Source of the DNA: Anderseniella sp.
GTDB lineage: Bacteria > Pseudomonadota > Alphaproteobacteria > Rhizobiales > Aestuariivirgaceae
DNA length: 64,000 nt
Direction of reading: 5' to 3'
NCBI GenBank assembly: GCA_039978075.1
Contig: JBDWCA010000004.1
Location: 127,413-191,412, forward strand
Part shown: positions 17,602-26,142 of the stretch, in pieces
How positions within the stretch are numbered: position 1 is the stretch's first letter
Layout: every line of letters starts with the position of its first letter
The notes under the pieces: model-generated
The model's input: the letters and a program-made list of their open reading frames with translations, nothing else
Database searches by the model: none
What the model was told of the DNA's origin: nothing
Position numbers and translations under genes: made by a program

Positions 17602-18711
17602 ATGACAGACGTACTTCACAGAACAACCAGGGGCCGCTGGGGACCGCGCGGAACGGCAGCGGCGGCATTCGCCTCCAGCGTCACGTTTGACGACGTGTCG
17701 CTGGCCTATGGTGATACGGAAGCTGTCCGTAATGTATCGTTTGAACTGAAGCAGGGTGAAATCGTGTGCCTGCTGGGACCATCGGGGTGCGGAAAGTCCA
17801 CCTTGATGCGGCTGGCGGCTGGTGTGGAGCGTCCGGATTCAGGGCGCATCCTGCTCGACAGTGCCGAGGTTGCGTCGGATAGCAAATTTATTCCGCCTGA
17901 GAAGCGCTCTGTTGGCCTGATGTTTCAGGACTACGCGCTGTTTCCCCACCTCACCGTGATGGGAAATGTGACGTTCGGGCTGAAAGGGGTGGATAAGGAA
18001 AGCGCTACCAACGCCGCGCGTTCGGCCCTTTTGCGGGTTGGCCTGGATCATCTGGAAAAGTCTTATCCGCATGAACTTTCCGGCGGTGAGCAACAGCGAG
18101 TTGCGCTGGCGCGGGCAATTGTGCCGCGGCCGGCGGTCTTGTTGATGGATGAGCCGTTCTCCGGACTGGATCAGCGTCTCAGGGAACATGTTCGTCATGA
18201 GACCCTGGCGATCCTCAAGGAAACCCGCTCCAGTTCCATTCTGGTGACCCATGATCCTGAGGAGGCGATGGGTATGGCCGACCGCATCGTGCTGATGCGG
18301 GCAGGGCGCGTTGTGCAGATCGGCACGCCCGATGAGTTGTATCGCCATCCGGCAGATGCTGAAGCGGCCCGGTTTTTCTCGGATGTGAATGAATTGCGGG
18401 TACGTATTGTCGATGGTGCCGCAGACACGCCGCTTGGCCGGTTTGAGACCGAAGTTGGCGAAGAGGGCGGCCCGGCGCTTGTCATGATCCGGCCCCAGGC
18501 ATTTGTGCGGACCGGTGATGGCGATGAACAGTCGATAGTTGCGCAGGTTACCGATCAGCGGTTTTTGGGCGACAAGGTCGAGCTGTCGCTGATGTTTGAA
18601 GGGCTGAATGAGGTGGTATACGCCAGAGTGGCGACAACAGGATGTCCGAAGCTGGGGGAGACGGCCCGTTTCCGCCTCGATCACGATCATGTACTTGTGT
18701 TTGACAATTAG
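17602..18711 (+). CDS. ABC transporter ATP-binding protein (PotA/FbpC/CysA importer type)
   Basis: Walker A GPSGCGKST, signature LSGGEQQRVALARA, Walker B LLMDEPFSGLD, and a C-terminal TOBE-like extension. No permease or binding-protein gene is adjacent. Confidence 0.9.
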   Translation: MTDVLHRTTRGRWGPRGTAAAAFASSVTFDDVSLAYGDTEAVRNVSFELKQGEIVCLLGPSGCGKSTLMRLAAGVERPDSGRILLDSAEVASDSKFIPPEKRSVGLMFQDYALFPHLTVMGNVTFGLKGVDKESATNAARSALLRVGLDHLEKSYPHELSGGEQQRVALARAIVPRPAVLLMDEPFSGLDQRLREHVRHETLAILKETRSSSILVTHDPEEAMGMADRIVLMRAGRVVQIGTPDELYRHPADAEAARFFSDVNELRVRIVDGAADTPLGRFETEVGEEGGPALVMIRPQAFVRTGDGDEQSIVAQVTDQRFLGDKVELSLMFEGLNEVVYARVATTGCPKLGETARFRLDHDHVLVFDN

Positions 18712-18851
18712 GGCGACTGATACCATTTCACATATTAACTGCGCTATGTTTGTTGCCGCTATATCGTGTTGCGGCCCATAGGGCTTTCTGCAATAGTGCG
18801 CGCGAATTACGAGGGGTCCGGGTGAGACCTTTGTGTAAAGGGAGAATTTAA

Positions 18852-19085
18852 ATGTCTATCGGACCATGGCAAATTATCATTATCGTTCTGCTTTTGGTCA
18901 TCCTGTTTGGCCGCGGCAAGATTTCCGAGCTTATGGGTGACGTCGCCAAGGGCATCAAAAGCTTCAAGAAGGGCATTGCTGAAGAAACCGATGAGGCCAA
19001 GGAAACGGTCGCTGATACAGCCAAGACCATTGAGCTGGAAGCAGAAGAGATGACCGAAAAGGCCAAGGACAAGGCCAAGAGCTGA
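18852..19085 (+). CDS. tatA: twin-arginine translocase subunit TatA
   Basis: [41 protein letters not shown]. Confidence 0.93.
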   Translation: MSIGPWQIIIIVLLLVILFGRGKISELMGDVAKGIKSFKKGIAEETDEAKETVADTAKTIELEAEEMTEKAKDKAKS

Positions 19086-19181
19086 TTTGCTCTGGTAACC
19101 TTGCAGGCTGCTGATTGACGGTGGCCTGTATGGTCAGTCTTGGCAAGGTTCTTTCCTTAGCGTTCGGGAACACAAGTTCAC

Positions 19182-19613
19182 ATGTTCGATTTCGGCATAG
19201 GCAGTACGGAACTGATGCTCATTGCGGTCGTCGCACTGATTGTCATCGGCCCGCGTGATCTGCCCAAAGTGCTGCGCACGGTCGGCCAGGTGATGACCAA
19301 GGTGCGGGCCATGGCGCGGGAGTTTCAGGGCCATATCGAGGACGCCGCAAAAGACAGTGGTCTTGATGACCTGAAAAAGGATATCTCCAAGGCCACCAAT
19401 TTCGACATGAACGAGACCTTGAGCGATATCTCCCGTGAACCGGGGAAAGTGTCGACGCCAGTCTCGAAAGAAGCGTCGAAGACAACATCTGAAACCGTGG
19501 CGAAGCCTGAAGCCGAAACCAAACCTGCCAAAAAAGCTGCGGCACCTAAGAAGACTGCCGCTAAGAAAACTGCTGCCAAGAAATCCGTAGCGGCCAAGGA
19601 CAAGACTGCATGA
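19182..19613 (+). CDS. tatB: twin-arginine translocase subunit TatB
   Basis: MFDFGIGSTELMLIAVVALIVIGPRDLPKVLRTVGQ, followed by a Lys/Ala-rich tail. Confidence 0.9.
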   Translation: MFDFGIGSTELMLIAVVALIVIGPRDLPKVLRTVGQVMTKVRAMAREFQGHIEDAAKDSGLDDLKKDISKATNFDMNETLSDISREPGKVSTPVSKEASKTTSETVAKPEAETKPAKKAAAPKKTAAKKTAAKKSVAAKDKTA

Positions 19614-20422
19614 GCGCGAGCGAAGAAGATATTGAAGCTTCCAGCGCGCCTCTAATCGAGCATCTGGCTGAACTTCGGACCCGGTTGATCAAGTCGGTCA
19701 TCGGCTTTGCCCTGATGTTCGTTGTCTGCTTTTATTTTGCCGACAAGATTTTTGACTTCCTGCTGATCCCGTATCAATGGGCCGTTGGCGAAAATCAGGA
19801 ACTGAAACTGATTTTCACCGCGCCGCAGGAATTCTTCTTCACACAATTGAAGATCGGTATGTTCGGCGGGCTGTTTCTTGCGTTTCCGCTGATTGCCACG
19901 CAGATCTACATGTTTGTGGCGCCGGGCCTGTACAAACACGAGCGCAATGCGTTCAAGCCATATCTTTATGCCACGCCGGTGCTGTTTGTGGCCGGTGCGT
20001 CGCTGGTGTTCTTCATGGTCATGCCGATCGCCATGCGGTTCTTTATCAGTTTCCAGCAGACAGGCGCGGACGGGCGAGCAGTTATTGAGTTGCTGCCCAA
20101 GGTATCGGAATATCTCAGCCTCACCATGACGCTCATTCTGGCGTTTGGCATCTGTTTTCAGATGCCGGTTATCCTGACGCTGCTTGGCCGTGTCGGCATC
20201 ATCACGTCGCAAGGGCTGAAGGAAAAGCGCAAATACGCAGTGGTCGGGGTGTTTGTAGCTGCAGCTGTGCTGACACCACCGGACCCGTTCTCCCAACTGG
20301 GTCTGGGTATCCCGCTATTGCTGCTCTATGAAGCCTCGATCTGGACTGTTCGTCTGGTTGAGAAAAAACGCGATGCTGCCGAAGCTGCGCGTGAGGCGGA
20401 AGAAGACGCAGACGAAGCCTGA
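19610..20422 (+). CDS. tatC: twin-arginine translocase subunit TatC
   Basis: 270 aa, 6-TM protein. Its start overlaps the tatB stop by 4 nt. Confidence 0.93.
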   Translation: MSASEEDIEASSAPLIEHLAELRTRLIKSVIGFALMFVVCFYFADKIFDFLLIPYQWAVGENQELKLIFTAPQEFFFTQLKIGMFGGLFLAFPLIATQIYMFVAPGLYKHERNAFKPYLYATPVLFVAGASLVFFMVMPIAMRFFISFQQTGADGRAVIELLPKVSEYLSLTMTLILAFGICFQMPVILTLLGRVGIITSQGLKEKRKYAVVGVFVAAAVLTPPDPFSQLGLGIPLLLLYEASIWTVRLVEKKRDAAEAAREAEEDADEA

Positions 20423-20467
20423 CGGGTTGGCAACGCACCGGTTGCAGCCTTTTAATTCAAAGAGCCA

Positions 20468-20498
20468 TTGACCTTCCAGTGACTGGAAGCCCCATCTT
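20468..20498 (+). promoter_or_regulatory. MerR/CueR-type copper-responsive promoter
   Basis: TTGACC-TTCCAGTGACTGGAAGCCC-CATCTT. The perfect dyad CTTCCAGT-G-ACTGGAAG (20473-20489) sits inside a 19-bp -35/-10 spacer. It closely resembles E. coli PcopA (TTGACCTTCC-N7-GGAAGG). Confidence 0.6.
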
Positions 20499-20521
20499 GA
20501 CCTGAACCTAACGTTCAACAG

Positions 20522-22903
20522 ATGGCATGGACAATGATGCAACAGCAGAAGATCGACCAGTCAGATAGTGGTCAGGACACTCATCAACCTGGACCATCTC
20601 CGGTTGATGCAGCAGTCGGCACAGACCTGGTATGCGGCATGACGGTTCCCCTGGGGGCAGGCAAACCGTTTCATAAATGGCATGGCGAAGATTTTCATTT
20701 CTGCAGTGACAGCTGCCATGACCGGTTTGTCGCGGATCCCTATTTCTATGTTTCAGGAAACAGCCAGACGAAAAAGCAGGTTGCTGCAAAGGACACGACC
20801 TATACGTGTCCGATGCATCCGGAAATTGTGCAGGAAGACCCCGGTAGTTGCCCCATATGCGGAATGGCACTGGAGCCAATGGGTGGGGTTTCCGACGAAC
20901 CGAACCACGAACTGGTCGATTTCACCCGTCGGCTCTGGGTCAGCGTTGCAGCCGCCATTCCCCTGATAATACTGACAATGGGACCTCTTATTGGGTTGCC
21001 GGTGCGAGGTTTGATTGGAGAAAACTTCGCGCTTTTGCTGGAATTTGCCCTGGCAACGCCGGTCGTCATGTGGGCGGCATGGCCGTTTTTCCAGCGCGGC
21101 TGGACATCGATTGTTACCTGGAACCTCAATATGTGGACGCTGATCTCGATCGGCGTCGGAACCGCCTACATTTACAGTGCCATTGCGACGTTTTTTCCCG
21201 ACCTGTTTCCCGCGGGGTTGAAGATGGAGGGGGGCCATATGCCTGTCTACTATGAGGCTGCGGTTGTCATCATCGCGTTGGTGTTTGTCGGGCAAGTGCT
21301 TGAATTGCGGGCAAGAGAGCGCACTGGCGATGCCATTCGAGCGCTGCTTGATCTCGCACCGAAAATGGCTCGACGCATTCTTCCCGGCGGAGAGGAATAT
21401 GACGCGCCGCTGGAAAACCTTGTCGTAGGTGACCGATTGCGGGTCAGGCCCGGTGAAAGTGTGCCGGTTGATGGCGTGGTACTGGAAGGAAATTCATCGG
21501 TTGACGAAAGCCTGGTAAGCGGGGAACCAGTGCCGGTTGAGAAAAGTCAGGGCGATCCGGTTACCGGCGGAACAATAAACAAGAACGGGTCGTTGGTTAT
21601 GCAGGCGCAGCGCGTCGGCGATGAAACCATGCTGTCGCGCATCGTGGCCATGGTCGCATCTGCACAACGATCGCGGGCACCCATACAGGGAATGGCGGAC
21701 AAGGTTGCGTCCTACTTCGTGCCGACCGTGGTCCTGATCGCAGTCGCAGCGTTTGCGGTCTGGCTGATGATCGGTCCTGAACCGGCGCTGGTTTTTGCAA
21801 TAATCTCAGCCGTGTCTGTCCTGATCATTGCCTGCCCGTGTGCGTTGGGACTGGCGACGCCGATGTCGATCATGACGGCCACTGGTCGAGGTGCCCAGAC
21901 AGGGGTTCTGATAAAGGATGCAGAGGCACTGGAGCGTATGTCCAATGTCGACACACTTGTGATCGACAAAACCGGGACCCTAACCGAAGGCAATCCTGAA
22001 CTTACCGATGTGATAGCTTTTGGGAGCGCAAGCGAGGAAGACGTGCTGGCATTGGCTGCAGCATTGGAGAAAGGGTCTGAACATCCGCTGGCTGAGGCGA
22101 TAATCGATGGTGCCGGGAGACGCAGTCTGACCATAGGCACGGCTGTTGACTTCGAAGCTGTCACAGGAAAAGGCGTGAAGGGCAAGGTTGCCGGACAGGC
22201 AGTTGCCTTGGGCAATCAGGCAATGATGCGTGACATCTCGGTTGACGTTGCCCCCGCCGAGGCGCAGGCGGATGAACTGCGCGCCGTCGGCAAAACCGCC
22301 ATGTACATTGCGTCGGACGGCCAGCTTGTCGGCATTGTTGCGGTTGCAGACCCAATCAAGGAATCCACGGCTGAGGCCATTAAGGCCCTGCATGAAGCCG
22401 GTCTCACCATCATCATGGCAACCGGGGACAACGAGCGGACGGCCAATGCAGTGGCCGATCAACTGGGTATCGACGAGGTGCGCGCCGGTGTCCTGCCGGA
22501 AGACAAGAAAGCCCTGATCGATGATCTGCACAGCCGGGGTCACAAGGTCGCCATGGCGGGGGACGGGGTCAATGACGCTCCCGCGCTTGCTGCCGCTGAT
22601 GTGGGTATCGCGATGGGGACTGGAGCTGACGTTGCGGTGGAAAGCGCGGGTATCACACTGCTGAAAGGCGATCTAACGGGGATTGTCCGGAGCCGGGCAC
22701 TGGCTCAGGCAACGCTGAGCAATATCAAGCAGAACCTGTTTTTTGCCTTTGCCTACAACTCTGCTGGCGTGCCGATCGCTGCCGGCATTTTGTATCCGCT
22801 GACGGGCACCTTGTTGTCGCCCATGATCGCGGCGGCGGCGATGAGCCTGTCGTCAGTCTCTGTTATCACAAACGCCCTGAGGTTGCGGCATATCCGGTTG
22901 TAA
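20522..22903 (+). CDS. copA: copper-translocating P1B-type ATPase
   Basis: Motifs CPC ([13 protein letters not shown]), DKTGTLT, SEHPLA and GDGVNDAP. The N-terminus has a YHS/TRASH-like domain (VCGMTV...[12 protein letters not shown]) and a YTCPMHPEI...[10 protein letters not shown] module in place of a classical CxxC HMA domain. Confidence 0.88.
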   Translation: MAWTMMQQQKIDQSDSGQDTHQPGPSPVDAAVGTDLVCGMTVPLGAGKPFHKWHGEDFHFCSDSCHDRFVADPYFYVSGNSQTKKQVAAKDTTYTCPMHPEIVQEDPGSCPICGMALEPMGGVSDEPNHELVDFTRRLWVSVAAAIPLIILTMGPLIGLPVRGLIGENFALLLEFALATPVVMWAAWPFFQRGWTSIVTWNLNMWTLISIGVGTAYIYSAIATFFPDLFPAGLKMEGGHMPVYYEAAVVIIALVFVGQVLELRARERTGDAIRALLDLAPKMARRILPGGEEYDAPLENLVVGDRLRVRPGESVPVDGVVLEGNSSVDESLVSGEPVPVEKSQGDPVTGGTINKNGSLVMQAQRVGDETMLSRIVAMVASAQRSRAPIQGMADKVASYFVPTVVLIAVAAFAVWLMIGPEPALVFAIISAVSVLIIACPCALGLATPMSIMTATGRGAQTGVLIKDAEALERMSNVDTLVIDKTGTLTEGNPELTDVIAFGSASEEDVLALAAALEKGSEHPLAEAIIDGAGRRSLTIGTAVDFEAVTGKGVKGKVAGQAVALGNQAMMRDISVDVAPAEAQADELRAVGKTAMYIASDGQLVGIVAVADPIKESTAEAIKALHEAGLTIIMATGDNERTANAVADQLGIDEVRAGVLPEDKKALIDDLHSRGHKVAMAGDGVNDAPALAAADVGIAMGTGADVAVESAGITLLKGDLTGIVRSRALAQATLSNIKQNLFFAFAYNSAGVPIAAGILYPLTGTLLSPMIAAAAMSLSSVSVITNALRLRHIRL

Positions 22904-22963
22904 GGAGCGCCTGCCGGTATCTGACAAATGCGTTGAAGAACCACCTGAAAGGAAGTTTGGACC

Positions 22964-23389
22964 ATGAAACGAACATTGATCCTTGCAATCGCAGTCTTCG
23001 CCTTGATCGCACTGTCTCTGGGGTACCGGGCTTACCAGCCGCCAAAAACCGCACAAACCGGTGAGACGGGCAACCCGATTGTGAGCGTGAGTGTTCCGGT
23101 TCTGAATGCGGCAGCCCGGGAAGGAGAGGGGATGTTCAATGCCAAGTGTGCGACATGCCACGGCAAAAACGCGGCGGGCCAGGAAGGCGTGGCACCACCG
23201 CTGGTCCATGTGATCTATGAGCCCAACCATCACGCGGATCTGTCTTTCCGCAGGGCCATTCAAAGCGGCGTCCGTCAGCATCACTGGCCGTTTGGGGATA
23301 TGCCGCCGGTTGCGGATGTGACCAGCGACGAAGCGCAAAAAATAATTGGCTATGTTCGGTCGTTGCAAAAGGCCAACGGTATCTTTTAG
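22964..23389 (+). CDS. class I c-type cytochrome, secreted
   Basis: Signal peptide MKRTLILAIAVFALIALSLG and a single CATCH haem-binding motif. Confidence 0.85.
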   Translation: MKRTLILAIAVFALIALSLGYRAYQPPKTAQTGETGNPIVSVSVPVLNAAAREGEGMFNAKCATCHGKNAAGQEGVAPPLVHVIYEPNHHADLSFRRAIQSGVRQHHWPFGDMPPVADVTSDEAQKIIGYVRSLQKANGIF

Positions 23390-23461
23390 AGCGTCGGAAC
23401 AACCGTAGGCACGTGGTTGCCGCCACGCACCCGCTCACATGTACACTCACTGAAAGCAGGT

Positions 23462-23620
23462 TTATTCTGCCGGCACACCTGATGCCTGGTGGTTTGTGGG
23501 GGTGGTGTCGTGACCGTCTTGCTGGCGCTTCTGCACGGCTCGGTGGTAACCGCCGTACACCACAATCGCAACTACAGCAAAACCCACCACCATCACGAAA
23601 TAATCTGTCACATCAAACAT
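23462..23620 (-). CDS. possible small membrane protein (52 aa)
   Basis: Below the track length threshold. Hand translation gives MFDVTDYFVMVVGFAVVAIVVYGGYHRAVQKRQQDGHDTTPTNHQASGVPAE. An AAGGA lies about 7 nt upstream of the ATG. Confidence 0.3.
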   Translation of the reverse strand: MFDVTDYFVMVVGFAVVAIVVYGGYHRAVQKRQQDGHDTTPTNHQASGVPAE

Positions 23621-23740
23621 AACCTGTCCTTTGCCAATGCGCGGGATTTCCCGCTGGTTCCATTGACATGGGCAGTGGTTCTGCCGGTTTCCAATTGGTA
23701 GTCGGGAGATGACTGATAGAAAATTCCTATCGGCCTGGGT

Positions 23741-24661
23741 TTAACGGATAACCGTGACTTCCCGCAATTTGTGCGATGCCGTTTTTCGAATGAGTTCGGC
23801 AACTTCTGAAAACTTGTCCGCGTGTACCGATCGCTTGCGCCATGCGATGCCAACCTGCCGGTGCAGGCTTGGCGTCTGTACTGCCAGGGTTGCCACTTCT
23901 TCCCGATTGCCGATTTCGGAGCGTACGTATAACGCGGGCAAAAAAGCAACGCCGACCCCCATACCCACCATGAGCCGCAGTGTGTCGAGGCTGGTTCCTT
24001 CATAATCACGCATCGGGATTGCGCCGAACTCGTCACATATGCGGCGCACCTGTTCATGCAGGTGGTGGCCCTTTTCGATTGTCAGAATATTGACACCCTT
24101 CAGGTCGTCCGGTGCAATCTTCTTTTTCCTCGCCAGCGGGTGATCATGCGCTGCCACGATCAGCAGCGGCTCTCGAAACATCCGTTCGACTTCCAGGTCA
24201 GCCTGGTTGATCGGCAATGGGGAAATGATCAGATCGAAGGTTCCCGATTGCAACTGGGCCTGCAGTTCGCCGGGTTTGTCTTCCCTGACATAGAGCCTGA
24301 GATCGGGATGGCTGGCATGAAGTTCCGGCACAATGTGAGGCAACAGGTATGGACCGAGAGTAGGCGCTACGCCCAACCGGACCGTTCCGTGCAGCCCGTG
24401 CTGTGATGATGTAGCAAGATCAACGATATCTTTCACCTCGGCGAGAACCCGGCGCGCCCGTTCGGCAACTTCGCGTCCCAGAGGCGTCAGCGTGACAGAG
24501 CCCGAACCCCGTTCAACGAGGGAGACCTTGAGCCGTTTTTCCAGCTGCTGGATCTGCATGCTGAGGGTTGGCTGGGTGACATTCACCCGCTCGGCGGCGC
24601 GCCGAAAATGCAGTTCCTCCGACAAGGTTACCAGGTATTGCAACTGTCGAATGCTGGGCAT
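23741..24661 (-). CDS. LysR family regulator, OxyR-like but lacking the Cys199 equivalent
   Basis: It aligns by eye along the whole length of E. coli OxyR (GPYLLPHIVP, TSLDTLRLMVGMGVG). The OxyR GHCLRDQAMGFC region reads GHHLHEQVRRIC here. The ATG at 24661 was chosen; the track ORF extends to 24706. Confidence 0.85.
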   Translation of the reverse strand: MPSIRQLQYLVTLSEELHFRRAAERVNVTQPTLSMQIQQLEKRLKVSLVERGSGSVTLTPLGREVAERARRVLAEVKDIVDLATSSQHGLHGTVRLGVAPTLGPYLLPHIVPELHASHPDLRLYVREDKPGELQAQLQSGTFDLIISPLPINQADLEVERMFREPLLIVAAHDHPLARKKKIAPDDLKGVNILTIEKGHHLHEQVRRICDEFGAIPMRDYEGTSLDTLRLMVGMGVGVAFLPALYVRSEIGNREEVATLAVQTPSLHRQVGIAWRKRSVHADKFSEVAELIRKTASHKLREVTVIR

Positions 24662-24949
24662 GTACGCTCCGTTTGCAAAAACCACATAATCGAGAAAATC
24701 TATCAATATGTGGGTAGGTTTTCGAATGGTTCAATGGGGTAGGATGATCTATTTCGGTAGCATAGGCGCTGTTGATACAGCCTGCGGGACATCTGTGACC
24801 TGCCGGAAGCGATCGGCAAGACCGGTAGCTGGTTGCGCACAGAGCGGTTGCAGAGTTTCAACGAAAATCCGGCTTGCAAATTGAAGCTGGAAAACTGATC
24901 AGCAACCGGCAGGGGTTCAGGTTATTGCACTGGGCATTTTCCTGTCGTT

Positions 24950-24989
24950 ACGCCGGACAACTCCCCTCGGTTGTCCGGCGTTTATTTTA
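24950..24989. terminator. strong hairpin at the end of the ten-gene operon; U-tract only on the plus strand
   Basis: ACGCCGGACAAC-TCCCCTCG-GTTGTCCGGCGT (12-bp perfect stem), followed on the plus strand by TTTATTTTA. The run overlaps the stop codon of the minus-strand M20 gene. Confidence 0.6.
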
Positions 24990-26124
24990 GCGTCTCCAGA
25001 AGCCCGGCCAGAACGCGGCATTGCGGTACCAGTGTCGACACCAGGAGATGCTCGTTGAAGGTGTGAGCATTGGTTCCGCCGACACCCAACCCGTCGAGAG
25101 TGGCAAGCCCCAGCGCCCCGGTGAAATTGCCATCGCTGCCGCCGCCGGATTGGCAGTGTCCCAACTCGATGCCCATTTCGGCGGCAAGCTGACGGGCGTG
25201 ATCGTACAGGGCCATGGTCCTGTCGTGCGGTTTGGCAACAGGGCGCAATAATCCTGCCTCAACTTCTATGCGAACTCCATCTTCCTTACCTGCCAGAGCG
25301 GCCATATTTGATTGTATTTCCAGCAACAATTCATCGGTCGGTGCCACACACAAAACCTGCGCTTCGCAAAGTGTTGTCACCACATTTACGAAAACCCCTC
25401 CATGTACGGTGCCGACCGAGTAGGTTGTCGCCTTGTCATAATCGTTCATGGCTTCAATACGACCGATGATATCCGCCATCTTGACAATCGCGCTGCGTCC
25501 CTGTGCTTTCGAGAGACCCGCATGTGCCGGTTGACCGTGCACCCGCACCCAGAAGCGCTGAACCGCATGGCGGCCGGTGACGACGTCACCCCAGGGTCGC
25601 AATGGTTCCGGGACCAGCACGTATTTGTGTTTGACGGCCTCTGCTTCAATTCGCCGGCGCGAAGACGGGCTGCCGACTTCCTCGTCGGGTGTGAACATAA
25701 AGGTGACCGGCAATTGCGGTTGCATGCCTGCGCCACGCAATGTCGCGAAGGCCTCGATGGCCAGTCGGTTGCCGCCTTTCATGTCGAGTACGCCGGGCCC
25801 GAACAGTTGGTCGCCATCACGCCGGATTGGAAGTCTGCCTGCCAGTGTGCCGACTTCATGCACCGTATCCATGTGACCGAGAACCAGTATGCCCGGCTGG
25901 TCCGGTTGCACATTTGACGCGAAACGGGATACCACCACGTCACCAAAACCATCGATACCAGGCAACCGTTCAACGTCTCCGCCGAGTTCCTGCAAGTCCT
26001 GTGTTGCAAGATCCATCATCCGGTTTACGCCGTCGGTATGATGGGTGGGGCTTTCTACCTCCGCCCACTTTATTATGCCTTGCGCGATTTTTTCTGCGTC
26101 AAATGCGGCCTCCGGCAACGCCAT
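24982..26124 (-). CDS. M20 family metallopeptidase (glutamate carboxypeptidase / CPG2-like)
   Basis: 380 aa with LVLGHMDTVH, GPGVLDMKGG and TPDEEVGSP motifs. No signal peptide. Confidence 0.85.
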   Translation of the reverse strand: MALPEAAFDAEKIAQGIIKWAEVESPTHHTDGVNRMMDLATQDLQELGGDVERLPGIDGFGDVVVSRFASNVQPDQPGILVLGHMDTVHEVGTLAGRLPIRRDGDQLFGPGVLDMKGGNRLAIEAFATLRGAGMQPQLPVTFMFTPDEEVGSPSSRRRIEAEAVKHKYVLVPEPLRPWGDVVTGRHAVQRFWVRVHGQPAHAGLSKAQGRSAIVKMADIIGRIEAMNDYDKATTYSVGTVHGGVFVNVVTTLCEAQVLCVAPTDELLLEIQSNMAALAGKEDGVRIEVEAGLLRPVAKPHDRTMALYDHARQLAAEMGIELGHCQSGGGSDGNFTGALGLATLDGLGVGGTNAHTFNEHLLVSTLVPQCRVLAGLLETLK

Positions 26125-26142
26125 GATGTCATATCTCCTGGT

